A program made the position numbers and the translations under genes. From the NCBI GenBank assembly GCA_963847705.1, contig CAWKBC010000007.1, positions 1 to 64,000 of the forward strand: a stretch of DNA of 64,000 nucleotides. Direction: 5' to 3'. The DNA is from an uncultured Pseudomonadota bacterium (lineage in GTDB: Bacteria > Myxococcota_A > Polyangia > Fen-1088). The notes beneath the pieces were generated by a model that worked only from the letters and a program-made list of their open reading frames with translations, had not been told where the DNA came from and did not search any database. This document shows, in pieces, positions 31,048-39,547 of this stretch. The first letter of the stretch is position 1; each line of letters opens with the position of its first letter.

Positions 31048-31284
31048 ATGGTGTTGACGCTCCTGATCATCGCGTTTGTCGTCTGGGTGGTGGGCTTCCG
31101 CCTCTTCGAAGTGGCCTCGGCGGCGCTCCACATCCTCATCGCGCTGGCGATCTTCAGGCTGATCTTCCGTCTGAGCTGGGGCAGTCCCCGCAAGCTGCCG
31201 CCCCGGGCGCCCGACGGTCTGCCCGACGCGCGCTTCGTGCGCTTGGGCGTCACCAATCGGTTGACCTCAGGCACGGCGCGGTAA
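31048..31284 (+). CDS. Small membrane protein (lmo0937/DUF5670-like)
   Basis: LIIAFVVWVVGF....A.HILIALAI two-helix pattern. Confidence 0.55.
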   Translation: MVLTLLIIAFVVWVVGFRLFEVASAALHILIALAIFRLIFRLSWGSPRKLPPRAPDGLPDARFVRLGVTNRLTSGTAR

Positions 31285-31335
31285 CGGAAAGCCCGCCTTC
31301 AGTCAGGAATCCTCTGATTCGTGCGGTGTCTCGCG

Positions 31336-31351
31336 TGGCACGACCGCTGCA
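31336..31351 (+). promoter_or_regulatory. Putative sigma-54 promoter
   Basis: TGGCAC-gaccg-CTGCA has correct -24/-12 spacing and lies 27 nt upstream of ATG 31378. Confidence 0.6.
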
Positions 31352-31377
31352 ATCTCAGCAGTCCCACGGAGGCAATC

Positions 31378-31881
31378 ATGAGGAAAACTACCTACACGTT
31401 CGTGACCGCAGCGGCAATGGCAGGGGCTCTGGCTTGGGGGGGAGTGGCCCGCGCGGGCGACGTCGAGATCGTCAATCCCTCCACCGGACAGGCGGCGCCA
31501 GCGCCCGCCGCAGTTCCGGTCCAGCCTGTCCAGCCGGTTCAAGAACAGGCGCCCGTCGTGGTGCCGCAGACACAGACGCAGCATGTGGTCCACGAAGACG
31601 TTCAGCCGCCGCACAACGTGATGACCACCATCACCGTCAGCGCGCTGATGGGGGGTATCGCGGGCTTGCTGGTCGGCGGCGCCATCTACTATCTGGCCGA
31701 CAATCAGAATCACGCGGGCCGGATCGGGATCTGGGCCGCCGGCGGCGTCTTGGTGGGGACCGGCGTGGGGATCGTGCAGGTGGCGGCGGACGAGAGCCGC
31801 GCCAGCGCGGCGGTCAGCCAGAACTGGAAGTCCGATCCTGCGCCCACCTACCGCTTGGCGCTCTTCCGCACCAGCTTCTGA
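31378..31881 (+). CDS. Hypothetical exported/membrane protein
   Basis: SD GGAGG, signal peptide ending ARA, Pro/Gln linker, two Gly-rich hydrophobic helices and terminal Phe. Confidence 0.75.
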   Translation: MRKTTYTFVTAAAMAGALAWGGVARAGDVEIVNPSTGQAAPAPAAVPVQPVQPVQEQAPVVVPQTQTQHVVHEDVQPPHNVMTTITVSALMGGIAGLLVGGAIYYLADNQNHAGRIGIWAAGGVLVGTGVGIVQVAADESRASAAVSQNWKSDPAPTYRLALFRTSF

Positions 31882-31965
31882 CGCGCGCGGGTCGGGTCCC
31901 GGCTGGTTCCGGGTCGAAACGTCGTCCTTGATCGCCCTTCGCTTGCATGCTCGAAGAAGGGGGTG

Positions 31966-33258
31966 ATGGCGGCGGAGCTGACGACCTCGACCAGCTGGGA
32001 CCCGACCCTGTCCGCGGCGCACGCGGCGGCGGGGGCGCCCGAGACCTGGAGAGAGAGCGTGCTGCGCGGGATGTTGACCGTGACAGCCGTGGTGGCGCCG
32101 CTGCTGGCGGCGCTGGGGATCTTCGTGGGAGCAACCCATCGCGACGCAAAGGACATCGCAGTGATGGCGACCGCCGGTCTCCTGCTCCCGCTGCTTCGCC
32201 TGGTCCGCCGACCGCCCGTCCGGCGGCGGGCGCTGGTCGCCATCCTCGCCCTGTTCGCCACCGGGATCTTTCTCCTCGGGCGGGCCGGGTTTGCCGCCGG
32301 CCTGAGCGTCATCATCGTCACCACCTGCGTGCTGGGCGTCATCACCCTCGGCCGCAACCTCGGCTTCGTGATGATCGCTCTCTCCGCGCTGGCCCACCTG
32401 GTCATCGGCCTGCTGGTGTCTCGCAAGATCCTGCATCTCGCCCCCCGGGAGGTGGATCCGCTGCTGTTCAGGAACTGGATCCGGATGGCGGCCACCACCT
32501 CGCTGCTGGCGTTGCTGCTGGCGAAGGTGATCGAGTTCGTCATCCGCCACGTCGAGGCCAACGCCACCGCGGCGCGGCGGATGCTGGGCGAGCTGCGCAT
32601 CGCTTATGAACGCCTGGGCCTGCTCCACGGGCGCCTGGAGGCGGCCAAGGAAGAGGAGCGCCGCTTCCTGGCGCACGAGCTGCACGACGAGCTCGGGCAG
32701 TCACTGACCGCGCTCAAGCTCAGGCTGCAGCTCGACGGCCGGGCGACGGCCCCCGCGCCGCATCAGGCCGCGCCGCAAGCGCTGGCGCTCATCGATCAGC
32801 TGATCGCGCGGGTGCGGCAGATCTCCATCGATCTGCGGCCGCCGCTGCTCGACGAGGTCGGCCTCGGTCCGGCGTTGCGCTTCTACCTGGAGGGCCAGGC
32901 GGCGCTGTCGAGCGTCCCGATCGTGCTGGAGTTCAGGGACGTCACGGAAGGGGCGCGGCTCGCCCCCGACCTGGAGATCGCCTGCTTCCGCGTGGTGCAG
33001 GAGTCGATCACCAACGCCCTCCGCCACGCCTCGGCGCACCGCATTCAGGTGCGAATCGTGCGCGACGCCGAGCATGTCTCGCTGGCGATCCGGGACGACG
33101 GGCGGGGCTTCGATCCGTCGGCGCTCGCCACCCTCGACCTCGCCTCCCACCTGGGAATCGTCGGCATGCGCGAGCGCGTGCGCGCCCGCGCCGGCGCCTT
33201 CCGTCTCATCTCGCGCCCCGGCGACGGAACGGCCGTCGAGATCGAGCTGCCGGTTTAA
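31966..33258 (+). CDS. Membrane sensor histidine kinase (HisKA_3/NarX-like), no adjacent regulator
   Basis: About 5-6 TM segments, EERRFLAHELHDELGQ, LRP..LD, QESITNALRHA, DDGRGF and GIVGMRER. Confidence 0.92.
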   Translation: MAAELTTSTSWDPTLSAAHAAAGAPETWRESVLRGMLTVTAVVAPLLAALGIFVGATHRDAKDIAVMATAGLLLPLLRLVRRPPVRRRALVAILALFATGIFLLGRAGFAAGLSVIIVTTCVLGVITLGRNLGFVMIALSALAHLVIGLLVSRKILHLAPREVDPLLFRNWIRMAATTSLLALLLAKVIEFVIRHVEANATAARRMLGELRIAYERLGLLHGRLEAAKEEERRFLAHELHDELGQSLTALKLRLQLDGRATAPAPHQAAPQALALIDQLIARVRQISIDLRPPLLDEVGLGPALRFYLEGQAALSSVPIVLEFRDVTEGARLAPDLEIACFRVVQESITNALRHASAHRIQVRIVRDAEHVSLAIRDDGRGFDPSALATLDLASHLGIVGMRERVRARAGAFRLISRPGDGTAVEIELPV

Positions 33259-33260
33259 AA

Positions 33261-33332
33261 TGGGAACCCTGGAGGGTTCCCAAACCCTCCCGCGACGAGG
33301 TCGAGCGGGCGAAGCCGGCTCGACCTCGCGCG
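33261..33332 (+). repeat. Two-hairpin intergenic repeat, copy A
   Basis: TGGGAACCCT-gg-AGGGTTCCCA, spacer, then CCGCGACGAG + hairpin 2 + CTCGCGCG. Lies between convergent genes. Confidence 0.8.
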
Positions 33333-34160
33333 CTAGACCGCGCAGAGATCGATGAAGCCGCGGATCCAGATCAAGTTGATCTCGTCGGAGAGCGCCGCGG
33401 GCGTCTCGGTGGTGGTCTCGATCGCCGCGACGTAGGGGACGCCGGCCCGGTGAAACTTGTCGGTGATGCTGCCGTCGGGACAGATGATGAACCCTTCCGC
33501 GTCGGCGCGCACGTCGCTCCCCGGCTCGTACCCGGAGTCGACGATGCTGCTCCGCAGGACCGGCACCAGCGAGCCGGCGCGCGCCATCAGCGGCCGGTAG
33601 GTGGCCAGATCGCCGAAGACGTAGGCGTAGAAGAGCGACCCGTGAATGAAGTTGTCCTGGTGCAGATCGAGCGACGCGGCCGGCAGCGGAGCGCGATCCA
33701 GCTCGCGCGCCAGCGCGGCGGTCTCCTTGGGGAGACCGTCGACGGCGGGCACGATCCGCGAGAACTGCTCACCGTCGCGAAGCTCGCCGCGCCAGACCCC
33801 CGGGGCAATCTCGTAGCGGAGAAAGTCGTTGTTCGGTCGCTCGCCCGAAATGTTGTACCGGGTGTGCGCCTCGAACCCCGAGGGGTTGACGCAGGGATAG
33901 ATGAGCAGGCCCACGCCGCGGGCGGCCGCGTATTCGACGATCTCCGCGGTGTGCTCGACGAGCGTGAGCGGGCCGGCCTTTTCGTCGCCGTGAAAACCGG
34001 CGGTGATCAGCACCGTGCGGGCCCCGGGCAACCGCAGCCCCACCAGCTCGAACGCCCGTCCCCCCTCGACGACCGTCCCGTAGCCGAATGCCTGGGCTGG
34101 CGCCGGAACCGACGCGTTCCAGCGGGCCACGTAGTCGCCGAACACCACTTCTTCAAACAT
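33333..34160 (-). CDS. M14-family zinc peptidase/deacylase (AstE/AspA-like)
   Basis: AGFHGDE, PCVNPSG, R.N and LDLHQD, plus a C-terminal ET motif. Confidence 0.8.
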   Translation of the reverse strand: MFEEVVFGDYVARWNASVPAPAQAFGYGTVVEGGRAFELVGLRLPGARTVLITAGFHGDEKAGPLTLVEHTAEIVEYAAARGVGLLIYPCVNPSGFEAHTRYNISGERPNNDFLRYEIAPGVWRGELRDGEQFSRIVPAVDGLPKETAALARELDRAPLPAASLDLHQDNFIHGSLFYAYVFGDLATYRPLMARAGSLVPVLRSSIVDSGYEPGSDVRADAEGFIICPDGSITDKFHRAGVPYVAAIETTTETPAALSDEINLIWIRGFIDLCAV

Positions 34161-34207
34161 TGCCACGTTTGCCGGCGGCGCGCGCCCCGCATAGGCTCAG
34201 CCAATCC

Positions 34208-35170
34208 ATGGCTGACCTCGTTCAGGACCGCCCCGCTGCGTCACCGGCGGAAACGGAGCCCAGCCGCGCTCCGCTCGAACCTCCGCTGCCCGCCCCCGCC
34301 ATCCAGCGATTCACGGGCGACCGATTCAGCCGCCAGGGGGTCAAGGCGATCGGACTCGAGCGGGCGCCCCAGAAGGACATCTACCACTTCGTCCTGGGGC
34401 GCACCTGGCCGGTCTTTTTCCTTCTGGTCGCGGTCGTCTTCATCCTGACGAACATGGTGTTCGCCTGGCTCTACCTGGCCGAGCCGGGGTCCATCGCCAA
34501 CGCACGGCCGGGCTCGTTCGAGGACGCCCTGAATTTCAGCGTCCAGACCCTGGCCACCATCGGCTACGGGGGAATGTCTCCGGCCAGCCGCTACGGGCAC
34601 GTCATCGTCTTCATCGAGGCGATCGTCGGCATCCTGATGGTCGCGCTCATCACCGGCATCACCTTCACCCGCTTCGCCCGCCCGACGGCGCGCGTGCTGT
34701 TCTCCAACAAGGTGGTCATCTCGCCGCGCAACGGCGTGCCCCACGTGATGTTCCGGATGGCCAACTGGCGCCGCAACCGGATCGTGGAGGCGCGCCTCAG
34801 CGCCGTCCTGCTGGTCACCGACCGGACCCGCGAGGGGGACGTGATGCGCAAGCAGATCGATCTGACGCTGGTGCGCAACAAGACCAACGTCTTCTTCCTG
34901 ACCTGGAGCGCGATGCACCTCGTCGACGAGACGAGCCCCTTCTACGGGCCGGGCGCGCTCGAGCGCCTGCGCGCCCAGCAGGCGGAGCTCTACCTGGGGC
35001 TGACCGGGCTCGACGAGACGATCGGCCAGACGATCCACGTCCGCAAGCAGTACACGCTCGACGACGTCGTTGCGAACGCGCGCTTCGCCGACGTGCTGTC
35101 GACCGACGAAGAGGGCCGGCGCATCATCGACTATCGCAAGTTCCACGACGTCGTGCCGATGGACGTTTAG
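34208..35170 (+). CDS. Prokaryotic inward-rectifier potassium channel (KirBac-like)
   Basis: FSVQTLATIGYG selectivity filter, RFARP.ARV.FS, FRMANWRRN and WSAMH..DE.SP.Y. Confidence 0.93.
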   Translation: MADLVQDRPAASPAETEPSRAPLEPPLPAPAIQRFTGDRFSRQGVKAIGLERAPQKDIYHFVLGRTWPVFFLLVAVVFILTNMVFAWLYLAEPGSIANARPGSFEDALNFSVQTLATIGYGGMSPASRYGHVIVFIEAIVGILMVALITGITFTRFARPTARVLFSNKVVISPRNGVPHVMFRMANWRRNRIVEARLSAVLLVTDRTREGDVMRKQIDLTLVRNKTNVFFLTWSAMHLVDETSPFYGPGALERLRAQQAELYLGLTGLDETIGQTIHVRKQYTLDDVVANARFADVLSTDEEGRRIIDYRKFHDVVPMDV

Positions 35171-35171
35171 A

Positions 35172-35244
35172 GGGGAACCCTGGGAGGGTTCCCCAGCCCT
35201 GCCGCGACGAGCTCAGGCCGGCAGAGCCGTCCCTCCCTCGCGCG
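35172..35244 (+). repeat. Two-hairpin intergenic repeat, copy B
   Basis: GGGGAACCCT-ggg-AGGGTTCCCC...CCGCGACGAG...GGCAGAGCC...CTCGCGCG. Confidence 0.8.
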
Positions 35245-35256
35245 CTCAGCTGGACG

Positions 35257-36285
35257 TCATCTGGTCAGGCCCGGGATGGGCGCCCCGCCGTGCATGAGCG
35301 CCAGCAGGCCGCCCAGGCGGGCCAGGAGATCGTCGAACGCCGGCTCGCTGAGCGTGGCGTGCACCGTGAAGGCGTGGTCGACAGCCGTGGCGGTGACCCC
35401 GTCGAGGTAGGGGCCGAGCCCCAGCATCAGCACCTCGGGGTTCCGTTTGGCGTCGCGCAACGACTCGGTCACCTTGAGCGCCAGCGACTTCGCCTCCGCC
35501 GCCGTCGCCAGATCGGCCAGCAGCTGCGCCTCCAGCCCCTTGCCGAGATCGACGCCGGCCGACAGCGTGAGAATCGCGGCGGCGTCGGAGAAATGCGGAT
35601 CCGACGCCAGCGACTTGCGCGTCGACTCGGGGACGATCGCCGCCGCCCAGAGCGTATGCGAGCCCGCGGCCCGCTCGACCAGGTTCACCAGATCGACGTC
35701 GGTGGCGGCGCTGTCGACGGGGCGCGCGCTCTCGGCCAGGTCGGCCATCTTGGGGCCCCAGCCGCCCGCCCCCAGCACCAGGGTCTGGGGATCGATCAGG
35801 AAACCAACGACCGTCGGATCACTGCGCGAGGCCCAGAGCGTGAAGCGCCCGTGGGTGGTGGCGACCAGATCGTCGCCGCTTTTCTGCAGCTGGTCGCGCG
35901 CGTAGGAGACCAGCCGCGCCTCGTCGAAGTGCTCGCCGCGCATGACGACGCCGAACTCGCCGTGGGCGCGGGCCTCTTCGGGAAAAGCGACGGTGACGCT
36001 CATCAGCTGGCGGAGCGGATCGAAGCCGGTGCGACGGGCGAACTCTTCGATCTCGTGCTGGTCGGTCTGGTCCTGCTGCGCCTTCTCGCCCAGCTTGGCG
36101 GCCGCCGGGCTGGCACGCAGCCTGGCGACGTCGATCGCGGCCACGACCTTGGTGGCCACCGGGAACAGCGCCAGCCGCCCCTCGACGGTGGCGGCGCGAT
36201 CCTCGCCGCGCCGGCAGCCGCCACGGCAGGATCCCATGGCGACGAGCGCGATCAGGGCTGGAAAGAAAACTCGCCTTTGCGTCAT
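35257..36285 (-). CDS. Hypothetical lipoprotein
   Basis: MTQRRVFFPALIALVAMGSC signal/lipobox. Coding-like codon usage. Confidence 0.7.
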   Translation of the reverse strand: MTQRRVFFPALIALVAMGSCRGGCRRGEDRAATVEGRLALFPVATKVVAAIDVARLRASPAAAKLGEKAQQDQTDQHEIEEFARRTGFDPLRQLMSVTVAFPEEARAHGEFGVVMRGEHFDEARLVSYARDQLQKSGDDLVATTHGRFTLWASRSDPTVVGFLIDPQTLVLGAGGWGPKMADLAESARPVDSAATDVDLVNLVERAAGSHTLWAAAIVPESTRKSLASDPHFSDAAAILTLSAGVDLGKGLEAQLLADLATAAEAKSLALKVTESLRDAKRNPEVLMLGLGPYLDGVTATAVDHAFTVHATLSEPAFDDLLARLGGLLALMHGGAPIPGLTR

Positions 36286-36295
36286 ATTGCCTCGG

Positions 36296-36967
36296 ATGTC
36301 ATCCGGTTGGGCTCGCATGCGTTTCAAGGGAGAACAGGTGTGGGTGCGCGCGGACGACGCGGGGCAGCTGGTGCTGGACGGCGACGGCCGCGCCGAGATG
36401 AAGTATCGCGAAACTGACAGCAAGAGCTACCGTCCATCGCCTGGAAATCTGATCCCCGACCAGGGCGGCCCCCCGAGCGACGCTCCGCCCGAGCGCAAAC
36501 GCCGGGCCAGCGGCGGCGCCAAAGCTCCGTCCAAAGCTGCGGCAAAGGCTCCGTCGTCGGGTGGCTCGGCCCTCGAGATCTGGACCGACGGTGCCTGCTC
36601 GGGGAACCCAGGACCGATGGGGATCGGCGTGGTCGTCATCGACGGTGCCACGCGGCGCGAGAAGGGGGAGTACCTGGGCATCGGCACCAACAACATCGCC
36701 GAGCTGACGGCGATCGGGCGGGGGATCGATCTGGCGGGCGACGGCGGGCGACGGATGCGCGTCTACACCGACTCGAGCTACGCGATCGGGGTGCTGAGCA
36801 AGGGATGGAAGGCCAAGGCCAACCAGGAGCTGATCGCCAAGCTCAAGCGCCAGCTGGCGCCGCTCGACGTGGAGTTCGTCAAGGTCGCCGGGCATGCCGG
36901 CGTCCCCGAGAACGAGCGCTGCGACGAGCTGGCCCGCGAGGCGGTCAATTCCAGATCAGGACGCTAA
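36296..36967 (+). CDS. rnhA: Ribonuclease HI with N-terminal extra domain
   Basis: WTDGACSGNPGP, TNNIAEL, YTDSSY, W..KAN and KVAGHAGVPENERCDELA. Confidence 0.92.
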   Translation: MSSGWARMRFKGEQVWVRADDAGQLVLDGDGRAEMKYRETDSKSYRPSPGNLIPDQGGPPSDAPPERKRRASGGAKAPSKAAAKAPSSGGSALEIWTDGACSGNPGPMGIGVVVIDGATRREKGEYLGIGTNNIAELTAIGRGIDLAGDGGRRMRVYTDSSYAIGVLSKGWKAKANQELIAKLKRQLAPLDVEFVKVAGHAGVPENERCDELAREAVNSRSGR

Positions 36968-37026
36968 CAGGGTCCCGCGCCCCCCTCGATGAGCTCGAGC
37001 CGGTCAGGCCGTCTCTCCCTCGGGCG
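36958..37026 (+). repeat. Degenerate copy (E) of the two-hairpin repeat overlapping the rnhA stop
   Basis: GGACGCT-aac-AGGGTCC...GATGAGCTCGAGCCGGTCAGGCCGTCTCTCCCTCGGGCG aligns by eye with copy B. Confidence 0.6.
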
Positions 37027-37032
37027 ACGCGA

Positions 37033-37968
37033 TCACGCTGAGTATTCACGCAGCGTGACGAAGCGGGCGCCGGCGCTGCGGGCGGCCATCAGCGTCTCAT
37101 CGAGCGCCGCCAGCTTGTGCGCCAGCGGACGCCGCAAGTCGGGTTGGCGGGCGATCAGCGCGGACGGGATCTCGTCGGCGTCGGCGTCGGCGAGGTCGAT
37201 GCCGTGCAGCTCCAGGTTGAAGAACGGCGCGCGCAAGGCGGTCGAGACCAGGTGCCGTCGCAGCCAGGCCGGCGCCAGGATCAGGCTGGTGCCGATCACG
37301 TGCAGGCGCGCCAGCGGCGTCACGGCGATCGGCAGCTCCAGCAGTCCGTCGCCGCCGTGTCGGTAGGGTGCCGTCGGCGCGGGTCGGTACGGCTTGCGCG
37401 GCGCCAGCAGCACGCGTGGGTTGTCGAGAAAGCTGCCCGACGGCCGCCCCGCCAGGCGCATCGCCGCCATCACCAGCGCCTTGGCGCCGTAATAGGCCGC
37501 CGAGGGAAACACCGACGAGTCGTAGCGATAACCGCGCGCATGCAACAGGTCGAGCGCCTCCGCGTTGATGGCGTAACCCGGGGCGCGAAAGCCGAGCGGC
37601 GCCGTCCCCGCGCAGGCGCCGACGATCGCGTGCGCGCGATCGATCTCCTCGGCCATCGCGGCGTGCGACAAGCGCGCGAAATCGTAGCGGTGGGTGTGGG
37701 TGTGGTTGGCCAGCTCGTGCCCCGCGCGCGCCAGCTCCGCCAGCAGCGCCCGCCCCTCGGCGTCCTCTTCCAGATCGGCGCCGACGACGAAGAACGTGGC
37801 GCGCAGGTCGTGCCGGGCGAACAGCGCGGCAAAGCGCGGCAAGCAGCGCCGCAAGATGGCGAACCGCCCGGGGCCGACCGGCGGCGCGCCCAGCGCGTGA
37901 ACCCGGTAGTAGCAAGCGACCGCGTCGAGATCGACGGAGACCGCCATCCGTCGACCGGGTTCACCCAT
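37033..37968 (-). CDS. Polysaccharide deacetylase (CE4-like)
   Basis: SVDLD, ATFFVVG, HELANHTHTH, GFRAPGY and YDSS. Confidence 0.9.
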   Translation of the reverse strand: MGEPGRRMAVSVDLDAVACYYRVHALGAPPVGPGRFAILRRCLPRFAALFARHDLRATFFVVGADLEEDAEGRALLAELARAGHELANHTHTHRYDFARLSHAAMAEEIDRAHAIVGACAGTAPLGFRAPGYAINAEALDLLHARGYRYDSSVFPSAAYYGAKALVMAAMRLAGRPSGSFLDNPRVLLAPRKPYRPAPTAPYRHGGDGLLELPIAVTPLARLHVIGTSLILAPAWLRRHLVSTALRAPFFNLELHGIDLADADADEIPSALIARQPDLRRPLAHKLAALDETLMAARSAGARFVTLREYSA

Positions 37969-38063
37969 GGCCGACTTCCTTACCACGCAGGGACGAACCG
38001 TGTAATCCGACGCCCCGTCGGCACCTTTGTAGGAGAGCAGGCATCTTCCCAACAGAGTCGCCC

Positions 38064-38693
38064 ATGTCGTCCCGTGTCACTGAAACCAGCGCCCCGAGCA
38101 ACCCGACCCCGGCCTTTCACAAGCCGGGCTGCGGCTGCCTCGAGCCTGCGCAGCAGGGCGACCCGTTCCTGAGCTGGGTCGGGCGGCTGGTCCACGACCA
38201 CCGCGGGCGTCTGGTCGCGGTGGCCCGCGGCGAAGGGCTGGGCCCCGAGGAGGCCTTCGACGTCGTTCAGGAGGCGTTCCAGAGCTTCCTGACCCTGCCG
38301 GCGGCCCGAACGCTGGTCGATGCGCGCGACGACTCGCGCCACTTGCTGGTCACGGTCACCCGAAACCTGGCCCGCAACCGCGGGCGGCTGGCCGCGCTGG
38401 CGCGCCCGCACGACTCCGACCCGGCGGCGCTGGCGTCGCTCCCCGCGCCGACGCCCTCCGTCGAGGAGCTGCTCTCGGCGGCCGAGGATCAGGTCCGCCT
38501 GCGTGGCTGCGTCGCCTCACTCGGCGAAATTCAGCGGGCGGTGGTGACGCTGCGGATGCTCGACGAGATCGACGGCGAGGACGTCGCCCGCACGCTGGAC
38601 ATCACCGCTGGGCACGTGGCGGTCCTGCTCCATCGCGCCAAGGCCAACCTTCTCGATTGCATGACCAACGAAACGGAAAGGAAACGCGCATGA
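38064..38693 (+). CDS. ECF sigma-70 factor
   Basis: Region 2 AFDVVQEAF..RNLARN and region 4 QRAVVTLR..DVARTLDIT..HVAVLLHRAK. Confidence 0.88.
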   Translation: MSSRVTETSAPSNPTPAFHKPGCGCLEPAQQGDPFLSWVGRLVHDHRGRLVAVARGEGLGPEEAFDVVQEAFQSFLTLPAARTLVDARDDSRHLLVTVTRNLARNRGRLAALARPHDSDPAALASLPAPTPSVEELLSAAEDQVRLRGCVASLGEIQRAVVTLRMLDEIDGEDVARTLDITAGHVAVLLHRAKANLLDCMTNETERKRA

Positions 38694-39028
38694 GCACGGA
38701 ACACGCCAACCTCCTGGAGATCACCGACGCCAACTTCGAAAAGGAGGTTCTCCAGTCGCCGCTGCCGGTGCTGGTCGACTTCACCGCCGCCTGGTGTCCG
38801 CCCTGCCGGGCGATCGCGCCGCACGTCGCGGCGATCGCCGATGCGCAGGCCGCCACCTTGAAGGTCGGCACCTGCGACGTCGACGGAAACAGCGAGCTGA
38901 CCGCCAAGCTCGACATCCGCGCCATGCCGACGCTGATGGTGTTCAAGGACGGGCGCGTCGTCGGTCAGATCGTCGGCGCCGTCCCGCGCGCCAAGATCGA
39001 AGCGCTGATCGCCCGCGCCTCGGCCTGA
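38690..39028 (+). CDS. trxA: Thioredoxin
   Basis: VLVDFTAAWCPPC, cis-Pro AMPT and FKDG. ATGA overlap with the sigma gene. Confidence 0.92.
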   Translation: MSTEHANLLEITDANFEKEVLQSPLPVLVDFTAAWCPPCRAIAPHVAAIADAQAATLKVGTCDVDGNSELTAKLDIRAMPTLMVFKDGRVVGQIVGAVPRAKIEALIARASA

Positions 39029-39060
39029 GCCGCCCGCCTCGCTACGCCGAAGCGAGAACG

Positions 39061-39393
39061 TCACTTCGCGGCGTCGCCGGAATCGGGCCCGGCGTCGGTC
39101 TGGCCGCCGGCGTCGGCCTGACTGCCGGCGTCGACGGTCTGTCGACCAGCGTCGACAAAAGGCGACGTTCCGTACGCCGAGAAGGTCGAACGCCAGCAGG
39201 CAGCGCACAACAGCGCCGCACCTGCGGTCATCAACGCCGCGCGGCCGAGGCGCGGGGACCGGTGACCGGTGCAAGGGCCCTGGCAGGCAACTGAGGCGGT
39301 TTCAGAGACGAGCGCGGCCTGACAGAACGGACAGGCCGTGTCGTCCGACTTCACGTGGCGGTCGCACACCGGACAGAGAACGAGCGAGCTCAT
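39061..39393 (-). CDS. Small CxxC zinc-ribbon/lipobox/YG-motif protein (copy 3)
   Basis: CPVCDRHVKSDDTACPFC...CQGPC...RLGRAALMTAGAALLCAAC...SAYGTSPF...DAG repeats. SD AGGAGG. Confidence 0.85.
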   Translation of the reverse strand: MSSLVLCPVCDRHVKSDDTACPFCQAALVSETASVACQGPCTGHRSPRLGRAALMTAGAALLCAACWRSTFSAYGTSPFVDAGRQTVDAGSQADAGGQTDAGPDSGDAAK

Positions 39394-39407
39394 GAGAGCC
39401 TCCTAAG

Positions 39408-39497
39408 TTAGGACGACGAGCTTACACCCGAAGGGGCAGCCGCCTCGTCCGGTTTCACGTGACGGGAGCAACCAGGGCAGAGCCCGAGCGACTTCAT
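39408..39497 (-). pseudogene. Truncated, frameshifted paralog (copy 2), 29 aa
   Basis: SD TTAGGAGG then MKSLGLCPGCSRHVKPDEAA. The expected TGC CCC TTC (CPF) follows out of frame. Not in the ORF track. Confidence 0.8.
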
Positions 39498-39547
39498 TGG
39501 AAACCTCCTAAGTGAGGAGGAGAAAAGTTACACCGCGTCGACGGTCG

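Noticed and set aside
34212-34227. CTGACCTCGTTCAGG as another LexA box
   Set aside because: The spacing is 2 nt too short and it lies inside the Kir coding sequence.
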